Positions 10,485-19,789 of a DNA stretch of 64,000 bases are shown here, piece by piece (the first letter of the stretch is position 1; every line of letters begins with the position of its first letter). The translations under genes and the position numbers were made by a program. Origin of the DNA: Nitrosopumilus sp. (lineage in GTDB: Archaea > Thermoproteota > Nitrososphaeria > Nitrososphaerales > Nitrosopumilaceae); assembly GCA_965249555.1 (NCBI GenBank), contig OZ252243.1, forward strand, positions 256,001 through 320,000. The letters run 5' to 3'. The notes beneath the pieces are model-generated. The model searched no databases, was not told the DNA's origin, and saw nothing but the letters and a program-made list of their open reading frames with translations.

Positions 10485-11144
10485 GTGAAGCAGATTATAA
10501 TTATTTCAATTATTGCTGTGATTGTAGCTGTTACTGCAGGATTAGCAATTTCACAAGAAACAGTTGATGCCAGACCTTGGACAGGTCTTGATTGTAATGA
10601 GATGCTTGACTTTAGTGCATCAGAAGAGCACACTGCAATGGATATCGATATGCACATAGAATTTCATACACATTTCATAGAGAACTGCTCTGATATGAAA
10701 ATGGATATGAAAATGGATATGACAACGCCGGAGACAAAAATGGACATGTCAAATACAGAGATAAAATTAAGCTCAGGAAAATGCTCAGGTATTGCCAGAT
10801 GTGTGGAAGGTTCGGTAACCAAAATTGTTGATGGAGATACAATTCATGTTGATGGTGAATCAGTTAGATTTGCATTATCTTCTGCCCCTGAACTAAAAGG
10901 ATTTGGAGGAGTAGATTCTAAGAATTTTATAGATACCATATGTCCTGTTGGCTCGGAGGTCATAGTTGATGAAGACGACAGCCAGACTGAAGGGAGTTAT
11001 GGTAGAATTATCGGAGTGGTTTATTGTAATGGCTTGAATCTAAATCAAGAATTACTTGATGCAGATTTGGGATATTTGGAAAATCAATTTTGTGATTCTA
11101 GTGAGTTTGCAGAAGAGTCTTGGGCCATTAAACACGGATGCTAG
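10485..11144 (+). CDS. secreted thermonuclease (SNase-like) with His/Met-rich N-terminal region
   Basis: Signal peptide; VTKIVDGDT, VRFALSSAPE, SYGRIIGVVY, NLNQELL. Confidence 0.85.
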   Translation: MKQIIIISIIAVIVAVTAGLAISQETVDARPWTGLDCNEMLDFSASEEHTAMDIDMHIEFHTHFIENCSDMKMDMKMDMTTPETKMDMSNTEIKLSSGKCSGIARCVEGSVTKIVDGDTIHVDGESVRFALSSAPELKGFGGVDSKNFIDTICPVGSEVIVDEDDSQTEGSYGRIIGVVYCNGLNLNQELLDADLGYLENQFCDSSEFAEESWAIKHGC

Positions 11145-11168
11145 AGGCAGAGTCATTTTTTATTATAA

Positions 11169-11402
11169 TTATTCCTGGTTTGATTCTGTTTTCTTGTTAT
11201 CTTTTTCATTAAAGATTAGATCAGAATCGCCTTCTCTTTGTTTCATTTTATCATAATCTTCTTTTTGTTTAATCATAGTTTTTTTGTATTCATCAAAAAA
11301 TCCTTTCTCTTCAAGATTATCTATTCCATGTTGATTGTAATGGTTATTTAGCAGTCGTAGATTTTCAAATGTTTTACCACAATGAGTGCATTGATGATTC
11401 AT
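11169..11402 (-). CDS. C2H2 zinc-finger protein
   Basis: CTHCGKTF..LNNHYNQH. Confidence 0.7.
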   Translation of the reverse strand: MNHQCTHCGKTFENLRLLNNHYNQHGIDNLEEKGFFDEYKKTMIKQKEDYDKMKQREGDSDLIFNEKDNKKTESNQE

Positions 11403-11731
11403 TATTTGTATTCTCCAAGGTTATTCTTTATTTTTGCTAAAAAATCCATAAAAAACTCGCCTGCATACTCTACATAATCATCTATTTGGATAGTCTCCAT
11501 GTCTGTTAGATAATTATCATATATGGTTTCTCGTTCATGTTTTAACGGAGTTGGACAAAAACACATCTCAGACCATTGAATTACGTTTGGTTCAGTGATT
11601 TTAGCACGTTTCATGGAGCTAATTATTTCCTCACCATCAGGTTTTTGATTTTTAATTGTCCCATCAGTTAGTTTTTGATAAAATTCTCCCATCTTGTTTT
11701 CAATGAATTTGGCTTTTACTGAATAAAACAT
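11402..11731 (-). CDS. conserved hypothetical protein
   Basis: LTDGTIKNQKPDGEEI...WSEMCFCPTPLKHER pattern; ORF coupled to the next gene. Confidence 0.7.
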   Translation of the reverse strand: MFYSVKAKFIENKMGEFYQKLTDGTIKNQKPDGEEIISSMKRAKITEPNVIQWSEMCFCPTPLKHERETIYDNYLTDMETIQIDDYVEYAGEFFMDFLAKIKNNLGEYK

Positions 11732-11817
11732 TAATAATTTTTTTTTTGCAGGTTAATATCATTTTATTTTCTGAACATCATGTAGTGATTTTTAAGAAAT
11801 GATGCGGTATAGAATGT

Positions 11818-11997
11818 ATGGTACTAGCACTAGTAGGAATTGTAACAGGAATTCTAATAGTAATTGCACTAATCATCAAATTATCTAAAACTCACCCCCA
11901 TGAGATAGCAGGAATTATTATGCATTGTAAAAAGTGTGGGCAAGAAATAAGAGTACCAAAGTGCCCAAAATGCGAATCTCAGAGATTTGGCGTATAA
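11818..11997 (+). CDS. small membrane-anchored zinc-ribbon protein (59 aa)
   Basis: MVLALVGIVTGILIVIALII...CKKCG...CPKCE. Confidence 0.6.
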   Translation: MVLALVGIVTGILIVIALIIKLSKTHPHEIAGIIMHCKKCGQEIRVPKCPKCESQRFGV

Positions 11998-12199
11998 CAT
12001 CTGATTTCAAATTAAGAAAAAATATTAGCAATAATTGGATTATTCTTGATGACTATTGGATTGTTTTTGTTTTACTAATTCCAAAATAACGATTACACAA
12101 ACTTTTCTTCCTATAACTAGACAGAAAGTGTCCAATAGGGTGTCTAATGAGAAAATTTTCTAATTTAGGTAGGCTCTAAAAGATCACTTAGGCACGACA

Positions 12200-12400
12200 T
12201 CTGAGCTGAATCTGAGCTATACAGTCGTGACGTTTGAGCTATACTTTAGCTTGTGAGGAAGTGTCAACTTGAGACAACTTTGTTTTTGAGCTTTTTTATG
12301 ACTAGCTTTTTGTATCTTTTTTGTTACAAATCGTGTCTATGTTCGTGAGCTTTTTGCAGTTGGAGCTAGTTGTAACAAAATAATGTTCTAAAAAGCTCAG
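12200..12400. repeat. AGCT-dense intergenic element with nested inverted repeats
   Basis: AGCT at 12204, 12215, 12237, 12248, 12289, 12304, 12348, 12364 and 12394; GAGCTTTTT/AAAAAGCTC and TTTTGTTACAA/TTGTAACAAAA arms. Confidence 0.6.
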
Positions 12401-12470
12401 TAAATGTTCAGAATTGATTTTGTTTTTTAGATTATTTTCTAAAATACTAGATTATTTGAAGAGAAATTAA

Positions 12471-13118
12471 TTGATAACACCATATCTAATTGAAATTAGA
12501 ATAAGAGGAGACATTAAAGATGTCTGCAAGAAATTAATTTTTGATATCTATCGTAAATTCCGTGTTCGTGGAGTAGTAAAAAAAAGACCAGTGCCACACT
12601 TTACATTGTTTGGTCCCTTTGGTTGTCGTTCTATCAAAAGTGTGATTGATGTCATCAAAGATACTGGTTCAGACTATTCAAAGTTAGAATATCAGGTTAA
12701 GGGTTTTGACTATTTTGAATTAAAGAAAAAGTTTCTCTTTATCACTACATCAACTAAGAAAAATGTCATTTATCTGAAAATCAATCCAAGTGAAGAACTA
12801 AAGGATTTCCGGCATACATTAGCCAAAAAGCTGTTAAAAATCACAAACACAGTAAACGTAGATCATGACTCTAAAGAGGAGTTCAAATTTCATGCAACTC
12901 TTGCCATGAGAGATATTGATAGGAAATTTGATGACATTTGGGAATATCTCAAAAAATATGATATCATCAAGTATGGTACTTCATATCGGATTACTTTGTT
13001 GAAAATGGGAAAAATTGTTTGTGAGTATGACTTGTATGAAAAGAGAGTTTTGCGAAGAAACCAGGTATTAAGAAGAGGTGGACGAAGAGCACTGGAAAGA
13101 AAAAGAGATGGCAATTAG
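12471..13118 (+). CDS. 2H phosphoesterase (2'-5' RNA ligase superfamily)
   Basis: Two HxT motifs: PHFTL and FHATL. Confidence 0.85.
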   Translation: MITPYLIEIRIRGDIKDVCKKLIFDIYRKFRVRGVVKKRPVPHFTLFGPFGCRSIKSVIDVIKDTGSDYSKLEYQVKGFDYFELKKKFLFITTSTKKNVIYLKINPSEELKDFRHTLAKKLLKITNTVNVDHDSKEEFKFHATLAMRDIDRKFDDIWEYLKKYDIIKYGTSYRITLLKMGKIVCEYDLYEKRVLRRNQVLRRGGRRALERKRDGN

Positions 13119-13236
13119 AAAAAATTGAAACATTAGAGTTTAAAGGAATAGGAAACAAAGAAAGATGCATTGAATTAAAGCAGAAACTAAAAAATAATGA
13201 AAATCTTGTAGATAGTTTGATTGTTTTTTTCACAGA

Positions 13237-13557
13237 CTATTCCTTGAATTCTAGCTTCTTTTTGGACTCTACTTTTTTTATCATATACCAACGAAAGCCT
13301 ACAAAAAGAGAAACACTTAGAATAATTCCTGCATAAAGCAAGTATTGGCTTGAATGATCAGCAAATAGACATTGCTGAATTTGATTGTATAGTTCATAGT
13401 ATTCTAAAAGAATAGGATCATTGAAACTGTTCATATTTTCTTCGTTAAGAAAATAGATTCGCTCTTGGATTTGTTTTTGTAATAATTCAAGATTTTTAGT
13501 ATCTTTACTGCTACAATCATACACTAGTTGAAGGAGGATTTTTCCTAGATTAATCAA
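13237..13557 (-). CDS. hypothetical membrane protein
   Basis: ORF with C-terminal TM helix followed by a basic tail. Confidence 0.55.
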   Translation of the reverse strand: MINLGKILLQLVYDCSSKDTKNLELLQKQIQERIYFLNEENMNSFNDPILLEYYELYNQIQQCLFADHSSQYLLYAGIILSVSLFVGFRWYMIKKVESKKKLEFKE

Positions 13558-13820
13558 GCCATCTGAGCAGGAGCTTGTCCATCATATCCTTGTTTTTTGT
13601 GAACAGAGTCAATTACTGACCTTGTAAATTTATCAAACTTTTCATCTTTCATAGAATCAATTACTTCATCTACGGTTTTCTCCATATCGATTTCTTTGCA
13701 TCGACGGTCAGCTTCTGAACAGTAGAATTCTATGTAACTTTGAATGTAATTGTATTCTGGTCCTTCAATTCCTATTTCTAATCTTCTTCTGCTTAGTTTT
13801 TCTCTCCAAGTTTCACTCAT
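13554..13820 (-). CDS. hypothetical protein
   Basis: 88-aa ORF. Confidence 0.65.
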   Translation of the reverse strand: MSETWREKLSRRRLEIGIEGPEYNYIQSYIEFYCSEADRRCKEIDMEKTVDEVIDSMKDEKFDKFTRSVIDSVHKKQGYDGQAPAQMA

Positions 13821-13879
13821 TATATCACTATAGATTACGTCTTTATTGAATTTAAAGAAGAACTTAAGTTGACAACTAT

Positions 13880-14086
13880 TTGAGAACAGTTATGGAAGGT
13901 GCAGAAATAGCCAAACGAGACCATCAGAGAAATAAATCTGAAATTGTAAAATTAGTCAAAGAAATGTTTTCTTTAGAGAAATGGGGTGATGAAGAATATA
14001 AGAAAAAACTGCAAGAATTAGTTACAAAGGACGAGGATTTAGTTAAAGAAGTTATTAGAAAAATAAAGCTAGAAAAAGGCTTGTAA
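13880..14086 (+). CDS. hypothetical protein
   Basis: 68-aa ORF. Confidence 0.55.
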   Translation: MRTVMEGAEIAKRDHQRNKSEIVKLVKEMFSLEKWGDEEYKKKLQELVTKDEDLVKEVIRKIKLEKGL

Positions 14087-14107
14087 TCCCAGATGTGATT
14101 AATTGGT

Positions 14108-15121
14108 TTAAAGATTATCAGTAATTGCTTTAGTAAACTCTACAGTACTCATTGTACCGCCAATATCCTTAGTTTTAGAGCCTGATTTTACCAAATCAAA
14201 GATGGTAGATTCTAATTTTGCACCAACCTTAATGCATTTTGAGTCATTATGTTTGGTACCAAGCCAATCAAACATCATTTTTATAGATAACAAAAACGAC
14301 GATGGGTTTGCAATGTTTTTCCCTGCAATATCAAATGCTGCACCATGTACTGGCTCAAAAAGTGCAAAGTTATCTCCAATGTTAGCAGCTGGTGCCATCC
14401 CTAAACCACCTACTACTTGTGATGATTCATCAGATAAGATATCTCCAAACAAGTTTGTAGTTACAATAACATCAAATTGTTCTGGCTGACGGATTAAATT
14501 CATTGCACATGCATCAACATACATTTGCTCAAATGTGATATCAGGATAATCTTTTGATACATCAGTACAAGCTTGGGCAAACAAACCATCAGTAACTCGC
14601 ATTACATTTGATTTGTGAACACAAGTTACTTTTCTCATAGAGTCACGTTGCATTGCAGTCTCAAATGCATACTTTGCAATTCTTTTAGAAGCTGCCTCTG
14701 AAATTACCCTTAATGCAACTGCAGAATCCCCCACACGAAACTCTTGGCCTCGATAAAGATCCTCTGTATTTTCTCGAACTATCACCATATCAATATCATC
14801 ACGCAATGCTGGCATGTGTGGATACGATTTTGCAGGTCGAATGTTCGCATAAAGATCAAGCATTCTCCTTAACACCACAACAACATCAGCTGCTGATTCT
14901 CCAACAGGAGCTTTCAAGCATGCATCAGAGTCCTTTATGATATTAACTGTCTCATCAGGAAGGGGATTTCCAGTAATTTCAAGTGCTTTATCACCGGCTA
15001 ACAATTTAGTTATTTCAAATTTCAAATCATATTTCTCATTTATTTTATTAAGTACAGAAACCGCAGAATCTGATATTTCAGGGCCAATCCCATCACCAGT
15101 AATTAATGATATTTTATACAT
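14108..15121 (-). CDS. leuB: 3-isopropylmalate / isocitrate-family dehydrogenase
   Basis: GDGIGPE, VRENTED, NLFGDILSD, EPVHGAAFDIAG; adjacent to leuA and ilvBN. Confidence 0.85.
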   Translation of the reverse strand: MYKISLITGDGIGPEISDSAVSVLNKINEKYDLKFEITKLLAGDKALEITGNPLPDETVNIIKDSDACLKAPVGESAADVVVVLRRMLDLYANIRPAKSYPHMPALRDDIDMVIVRENTEDLYRGQEFRVGDSAVALRVISEAASKRIAKYAFETAMQRDSMRKVTCVHKSNVMRVTDGLFAQACTDVSKDYPDITFEQMYVDACAMNLIRQPEQFDVIVTTNLFGDILSDESSQVVGGLGMAPAANIGDNFALFEPVHGAAFDIAGKNIANPSSFLLSIKMMFDWLGTKHNDSKCIKVGAKLESTIFDLVKSGSKTKDIGGTMSTVEFTKAITDNL

Positions 15122-15456
15122 GGTGTCTCATCACAATAAGAGAATATAATGTCACCTTCATTTTCAATCAAGGGAGTGGGTGAAAAGAGTGTTCTGCCAA
15201 TCAGATACTGTCTACAAATAACGTGAGCGATTAGTAAAGTCAGCACTTCTTTGTGCTGTAATTTGTAGCCAAATTTGTTCAAATAGTTTTTGAGATATAC
15301 TATACTTGATGACTGAAGCAAGACAGGCAACCAGACAGATTTTACATCCTACTTTAACCTATGTTGCAGTTGCCTCTTTTTTTGTTGTAGTTTCAGCAGT
15401 CCTAATTCGTTGAGTTTTTCAGATTCTAAACTCTGCAAATTATCTTTATTTTTTTA

Positions 15457-16971
15457 CTAGCTTACCTGTTTTTCTTTTAACATCTTTTTGAGCATAATTC
15501 TATTTATTCCATCAATGACTGCTTGAACACTTGTAGTTACAATATCCTCACCAACTGATTTTGCAGAAACTTTATTTCCTTGTGCATCCTCTACACTAAT
15601 GGTTACTTCACATAATGCATTAGCACCACCAGAAATTGATGCCAATGCATAGTCTTTAATTCTAATTTCCGAAATTTTTCCAGTAATCTTTTGAATTGCA
15701 TTAAGTGATGCATCAACAGGACCAACACCGTGATCAGTTCCTGAATACTCTTTTCCATCAATAGTTAATTTTACAAATGCATAAGGCATTGTTCCAATTC
15801 CAGTGGATACTGAGAATCCAGTTAACTGTACAATTCGTTTAGTTCCTTCATCACCTAAAACATCACTTGCAATGGATAACAACTCTACATCTGAAATTTG
15901 CTTTCCTTGATCACCTAACACCTTAACTTTGTCTAGGATTTGTTGTGATTGTTCTTCATTTGGTTTTACTCCAAATTCTGCAAGCATTGCATTCATTCCA
16001 TGAATTCCTGCATGTTTTCCAACACGAAGTAGTCTCTTTCGTCCTACTAATTCCGGACTGATTGGCTCGTATGTTAATGGATTATTCAACACTCCATGAG
16101 TGTGAATTCCGGATTCATGTCCAAATGCATTATCTCCAACTATAGCCTTGTTTGGCTGTACTTTGATGCCTGCAATCTTCGAGACATATCGTGATGTATC
16201 ATAGATTAATTTAGATTTGATGTTTGTTTCATATTTTTGCTCAAATGGCAAACATTGCAATGCCATGGAGAACTCTTCTAATGATGCATTTCCTGCACGC
16301 TCTCCAATTCCATTAATGGTAACATGTGCACATGCAGCTCCTGCATGAATTCCAGATAATGCGTTTGCAACTGCTAATCCAAAGTCATTATGACAATGAA
16401 CACTGACTGGAAGTTTTGTTACATCAACTGTATCACGAGTTAATTCTGCCATATACTCAGGGGTACAATATCCCACAGTATCAGGAATGTTAACCCTATC
16501 AGCTCCGGCTTTTGCTACTTCGCCAAATACTTTTTTTAAGAATTCTCTATCAGTTCTAGTTGCATCCTCAGCTGAGAACTCAACTTGGAGGCCACGAGAT
16601 TTTCCATATTCTACTGCTTCAATTGCTTTTTCAAGTGCTTGATCACGAGTCATCTTGAGTTTATGTTCCAAATGAATGTCGGATGTTGCAATGAATGTGT
16701 GAATATAGTTTAGTCCTGCATCAACTGCAGAATCAATATCTTTTTTGATAGTTCTAGTTAGTCCTGCAATCTCACATGATAATCCTTCGCTAGTAATCAT
16801 CTTAACTCCTTTGAATTCACCTTCTGAAATTACAGGAAATCCTGCCTCTATTGCATCAACTCCAAGTTCGTCAAGTTTTTTTGCAATAGATAATTTTTGA
16901 TCAGGTGATAATGAAACACCAAGTGTTTGTTCTCCATCTCTTAATGTTGTATCAAATATTCTAACTTTCAT
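15457..16971 (-). CDS. leuA: 2-isopropylmalate synthase (LeuA/CimA family)
   Basis: DTTLRDGEQ, HCHND, GERAGN, HESGIH, regulatory domain GVGPVDA. Confidence 0.9.
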   Translation of the reverse strand: MKVRIFDTTLRDGEQTLGVSLSPDQKLSIAKKLDELGVDAIEAGFPVISEGEFKGVKMITSEGLSCEIAGLTRTIKKDIDSAVDAGLNYIHTFIATSDIHLEHKLKMTRDQALEKAIEAVEYGKSRGLQVEFSAEDATRTDREFLKKVFGEVAKAGADRVNIPDTVGYCTPEYMAELTRDTVDVTKLPVSVHCHNDFGLAVANALSGIHAGAACAHVTINGIGERAGNASLEEFSMALQCLPFEQKYETNIKSKLIYDTSRYVSKIAGIKVQPNKAIVGDNAFGHESGIHTHGVLNNPLTYEPISPELVGRKRLLRVGKHAGIHGMNAMLAEFGVKPNEEQSQQILDKVKVLGDQGKQISDVELLSIASDVLGDEGTKRIVQLTGFSVSTGIGTMPYAFVKLTIDGKEYSGTDHGVGPVDASLNAIQKITGKISEIRIKDYALASISGGANALCEVTISVEDAQGNKVSAKSVGEDIVTTSVQAVIDGINRIMLKKMLKEKQVS

Positions 16972-17450
16972 GATCCACTCCTTTGCAATGCCGCAACTCC
17001 AGTTCTGGCTATATCAATAATGCCAAATGGTTTTATCAATTCCTCAAATGCTTGGATTTGATGAGGAGTTGCAGTCAATTCTACCATAAGTGACTCTTTT
17101 TTCACATCATGTACTTTTCCACCGTATGCATTAACTATCTTGTTAATCTCCATGCTATCATTAGCATTGCTAAGCTTTATCATAAAAAGACATAGTTCGC
17201 GGTATACTGTTTTGTGCTCATCTAATTGCCTGACTTCTACTGTATCAATCATTTTTTCGAGTTGTTTTACAATCTGTGCAACTCGCTTTTCATCACTATT
17301 AGTAGTAATAGTAATCCTGGAATAATCTGGATTCTCAGTTACCCCTACTGAAATACTATCAATGTTAAAGTTCCTAGATCTGAAAAGATGAGTTATCTTA
17401 AACAAGATTCCAGTTTTGTTTTCAACTAAAAGAGAAATAATCGCCCACAT
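16968..17450 (-). CDS. ilvN: acetolactate synthase small subunit
   Basis: ACT domain VENKTGIL..FRSRNFNIDSISV; ARTGVAAL. Confidence 0.95.
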   Translation of the reverse strand: MWAIISLLVENKTGILFKITHLFRSRNFNIDSISVGVTENPDYSRITITTNSDEKRVAQIVKQLEKMIDTVEVRQLDEHKTVYRELCLFMIKLSNANDSMEINKIVNAYGGKVHDVKKESLMVELTATPHQIQAFEELIKPFGIIDIARTGVAALQRSGS

Positions 17451-17459
17451 AATTAATCA

Positions 17460-19172
17460 CTATGATGGTAATATCATATCCTCAAGCGAAGTTCCAGGAG
17501 CTACAAATGGTAATACATCTTCTTCAGGGTCAATTGGAATATCAATTACAGTTGCAACATCACTTGATAATGCAGCTTTGATTGCTTTGTCAAGCTCATC
17601 CATTGACTGCGCTCTAATTCCTTGAGCTCCATATGATTCAGCTAGTTTAACATAATCAGGAATATGACCTTGGTCTACTCCAATCATTCTTCTTTTATAG
17701 AATGTTCTTTGCCATTGTGCCACCATCCCTAATGTGTAGTTATTTAAGATAAACACGATTACTGGAATGTCTTCTTGAATAGCAGTTGCAAGGGAGTTTT
17801 CAGTCATTGCAAAGCTTCCATCCCCTGCAATATCCACTACAGGGACATCAGGACGTGCTACTTTGGCACCAATTGATGCTGGAAATCCCCAACCCATAGT
17901 GCCAAGTCCAGTCGAACTAAAGAAAGTGCCAGGTTGAATTACATCATAAAATAATGATGCCCACATTTGGTGTTGTCCTACTTCAGTAGTTACGATAGCT
18001 TCTGGAGGTAATAATTCACGGAGTTTACGTAAAATTTTTGCAGCGCCCATTTCACCTGGATGAATTTTCAAGTTTTCTTTCCAGTATGCTTTTGTCTCTT
18101 TGACATGTTTAATCCAAGTAGACTCTTCAGTTTTTTTGATGACTCTCTGTAAAAGTAATTTTATCATTATTCGAAGTGATGCTTTGACATCTCCAACTAC
18201 TGCAACCTGAGCTGTTTGATTTTTACCAATCTCTGCAGGATCTACATCCATGTGAATGATTTTAAGCCTCTTTTCAAATGCTTCAAAGGTTCCAACTGAT
18301 CTATCAGAGAATCTAGTGCCTATTGCCAACACACAATCAGCTTCTGTCATCATTTTGTTTGCCTCTGCATGTCCATGCATTCCAATTGGCCCTAATGATA
18401 AAGGATGGTTTTCAGGAAATGCGCCCTTTCCTTTGAAAGTAGTAACTACTGGAAGCATAAGCGTTTCAGCAATAGATTGTAATTCAGCAAATGCAGACGA
18501 GATAATAGTTCCGCCACCAGCTAAGATGATTGGTTTTTCTGAATTAAGTAACATATCAATTGCTTTTTCACATGCTGCAATATCAGGATCAGCCCAAGGA
18601 TGATAACCCTGAATTTTAAATTCATCAGGAAATTCCATCTCTGCTGTTCCTGTTTGAACATCTTTTGGAATATCAATAAGTACAGGTCCGGGTCTGCCAG
18701 TCTCTGCAATGTAGAATCCTTTTCTTACAGCTTCTGGAACTTCACCAGGTGTTCTTGGCTGAAATGCATATTTTACAACAGGATTTGACATTCCAATAAT
18801 ATCACTTTCTTGAAATGCATCTCGGCCAATCATATTTACTGGTACTTGGCCAGTTACTGCAATCATTGGTGCAGAATCAGCTTGAGCTGTTGCAATTCCA
18901 GTTAGTATGTTAGTGGCACCAGGTCCTGATGTTGCAAAACAAACACCTGGTTTTCGGCTTACTCTACCAAACCCATCAGCCATATGAGATGCTGACTGTT
19001 CATGTCTTGCCAAAATATGTCTAATATCACATCTAGCAAATTCATCATACATTGGAAGATTGGCACCTCCCGGTAAGCCAAACACTTGTTTGACGCCTTC
19101 TTTTTCCATAGCCGTCATCAAGGCCTTTGCACCTGTCATAGTTTCCATTTTATTTATCAAATCAATCGCCAT
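17460..19172 (-). CDS. ilvB: acetolactate synthase large subunit (start may be 19148)
   Basis: FGLPGGA, RHEQ, TSGPGATN, GDGSF TPP motif. Confidence 0.97.
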   Translation of the reverse strand: MAIDLINKMETMTGAKALMTAMEKEGVKQVFGLPGGANLPMYDEFARCDIRHILARHEQSASHMADGFGRVSRKPGVCFATSGPGATNILTGIATAQADSAPMIAVTGQVPVNMIGRDAFQESDIIGMSNPVVKYAFQPRTPGEVPEAVRKGFYIAETGRPGPVLIDIPKDVQTGTAEMEFPDEFKIQGYHPWADPDIAACEKAIDMLLNSEKPIILAGGGTIISSAFAELQSIAETLMLPVVTTFKGKGAFPENHPLSLGPIGMHGHAEANKMMTEADCVLAIGTRFSDRSVGTFEAFEKRLKIIHMDVDPAEIGKNQTAQVAVVGDVKASLRIMIKLLLQRVIKKTEESTWIKHVKETKAYWKENLKIHPGEMGAAKILRKLRELLPPEAIVTTEVGQHQMWASLFYDVIQPGTFFSSTGLGTMGWGFPASIGAKVARPDVPVVDIAGDGSFAMTENSLATAIQEDIPVIVFILNNYTLGMVAQWQRTFYKRRMIGVDQGHIPDYVKLAESYGAQGIRAQSMDELDKAIKAALSSDVATVIDIPIDPEEDVLPFVAPGTSLEDMILPS

Positions 19173-19204
19173 AATTTTAATGAAGTTAAAATTTTAAGCA
19201 CACT

Positions 19205-19264
19205 TTACAGTAGAACAACAACTTGCAAATTCTTGCTAACTGATCCGATTATTTCTGTGCTCAT
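19205..19264 (-). CDS. putative branched-chain amino acid leader peptide (19 aa)
   Basis: MSTEIIGSVSKNLQVVVLL*; 9 of 19 codons are Ile/Val/Leu; lies between a TATA-like box and ilvB. Confidence 0.55.
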   Translation of the reverse strand: MSTEIIGSVSKNLQVVVLL

Positions 19265-19292
19265 TGAAATCAAAAACAAAACCAATTGATAA

Positions 19293-19300
19293 TTAATAAA
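19293..19300 (-). promoter_or_regulatory. TATA-like box for the uORF-ilvBN-leuA transcript
   Basis: TTTATTAA on the minus strand, about 29 nt before the uORF ATG (leaderless-type spacing). Confidence 0.45.
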
Positions 19301-19383
19301 GATTCCCAGAAAAATAATCGTTATTTTGCCTAAATTGTACAGAAGACTTAAACTGATTATTTTCATATTTCAAACTGACTGTT

Positions 19384-19788
19384 TTGATAGATAGTGAAGA
19401 AATCATAAAAATTATCGAGACATTATTTCAAGCTGGAGTAACAAAAGATCTAGCTAAACTAAAAGAGATACATCTTGATGATTCTAGATTTTCAAGCTTT
19501 AGTGATTTGCCACCATATGATCTTAAAGACTATCAAACTACAATAGAATTAGAAGAGTTACGATTCATTAGCATTTCAGATTATAGTTATGAAATCAAAA
19601 ATCCCAAAATCAGTATTTTTGGGAATACTGCAATTGTGGCATTAGAGTTAATTCAGCAAGGAATGCTAGTAGATAACAAAGCATTCACAGGAGAGCACAT
19701 GAAAATTAAGGGACGTGCAACATTTGTTTTAGTTAAAGAACCAACATGGAAAATTGCACACATTCATCTCTCAAAGATTGAAGGGTAG
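19384..19788 (+). CDS. SnoaL/NTF2-like (DUF4440) protein
   Basis: PKISIFGNTAIV...GRATFVLVK..WKIAHIHLS. Confidence 0.8.
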   Translation: MIDSEEIIKIIETLFQAGVTKDLAKLKEIHLDDSRFSSFSDLPPYDLKDYQTTIELEELRFISISDYSYEIKNPKISIFGNTAIVALELIQQGMLVDNKAFTGEHMKIKGRATFVLVKEPTWKIAHIHLSKIEG

Positions 19789-19789
19789 A

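Noticed and set aside
15114-15161. uORF MKVTLYSLIVMRHHV overlapping the leuB start as a second leader peptide
   Set aside because: It contains the likely TATA box (TTATAT, ~25 nt before the leuB ATG) and has no run of Leu codons.
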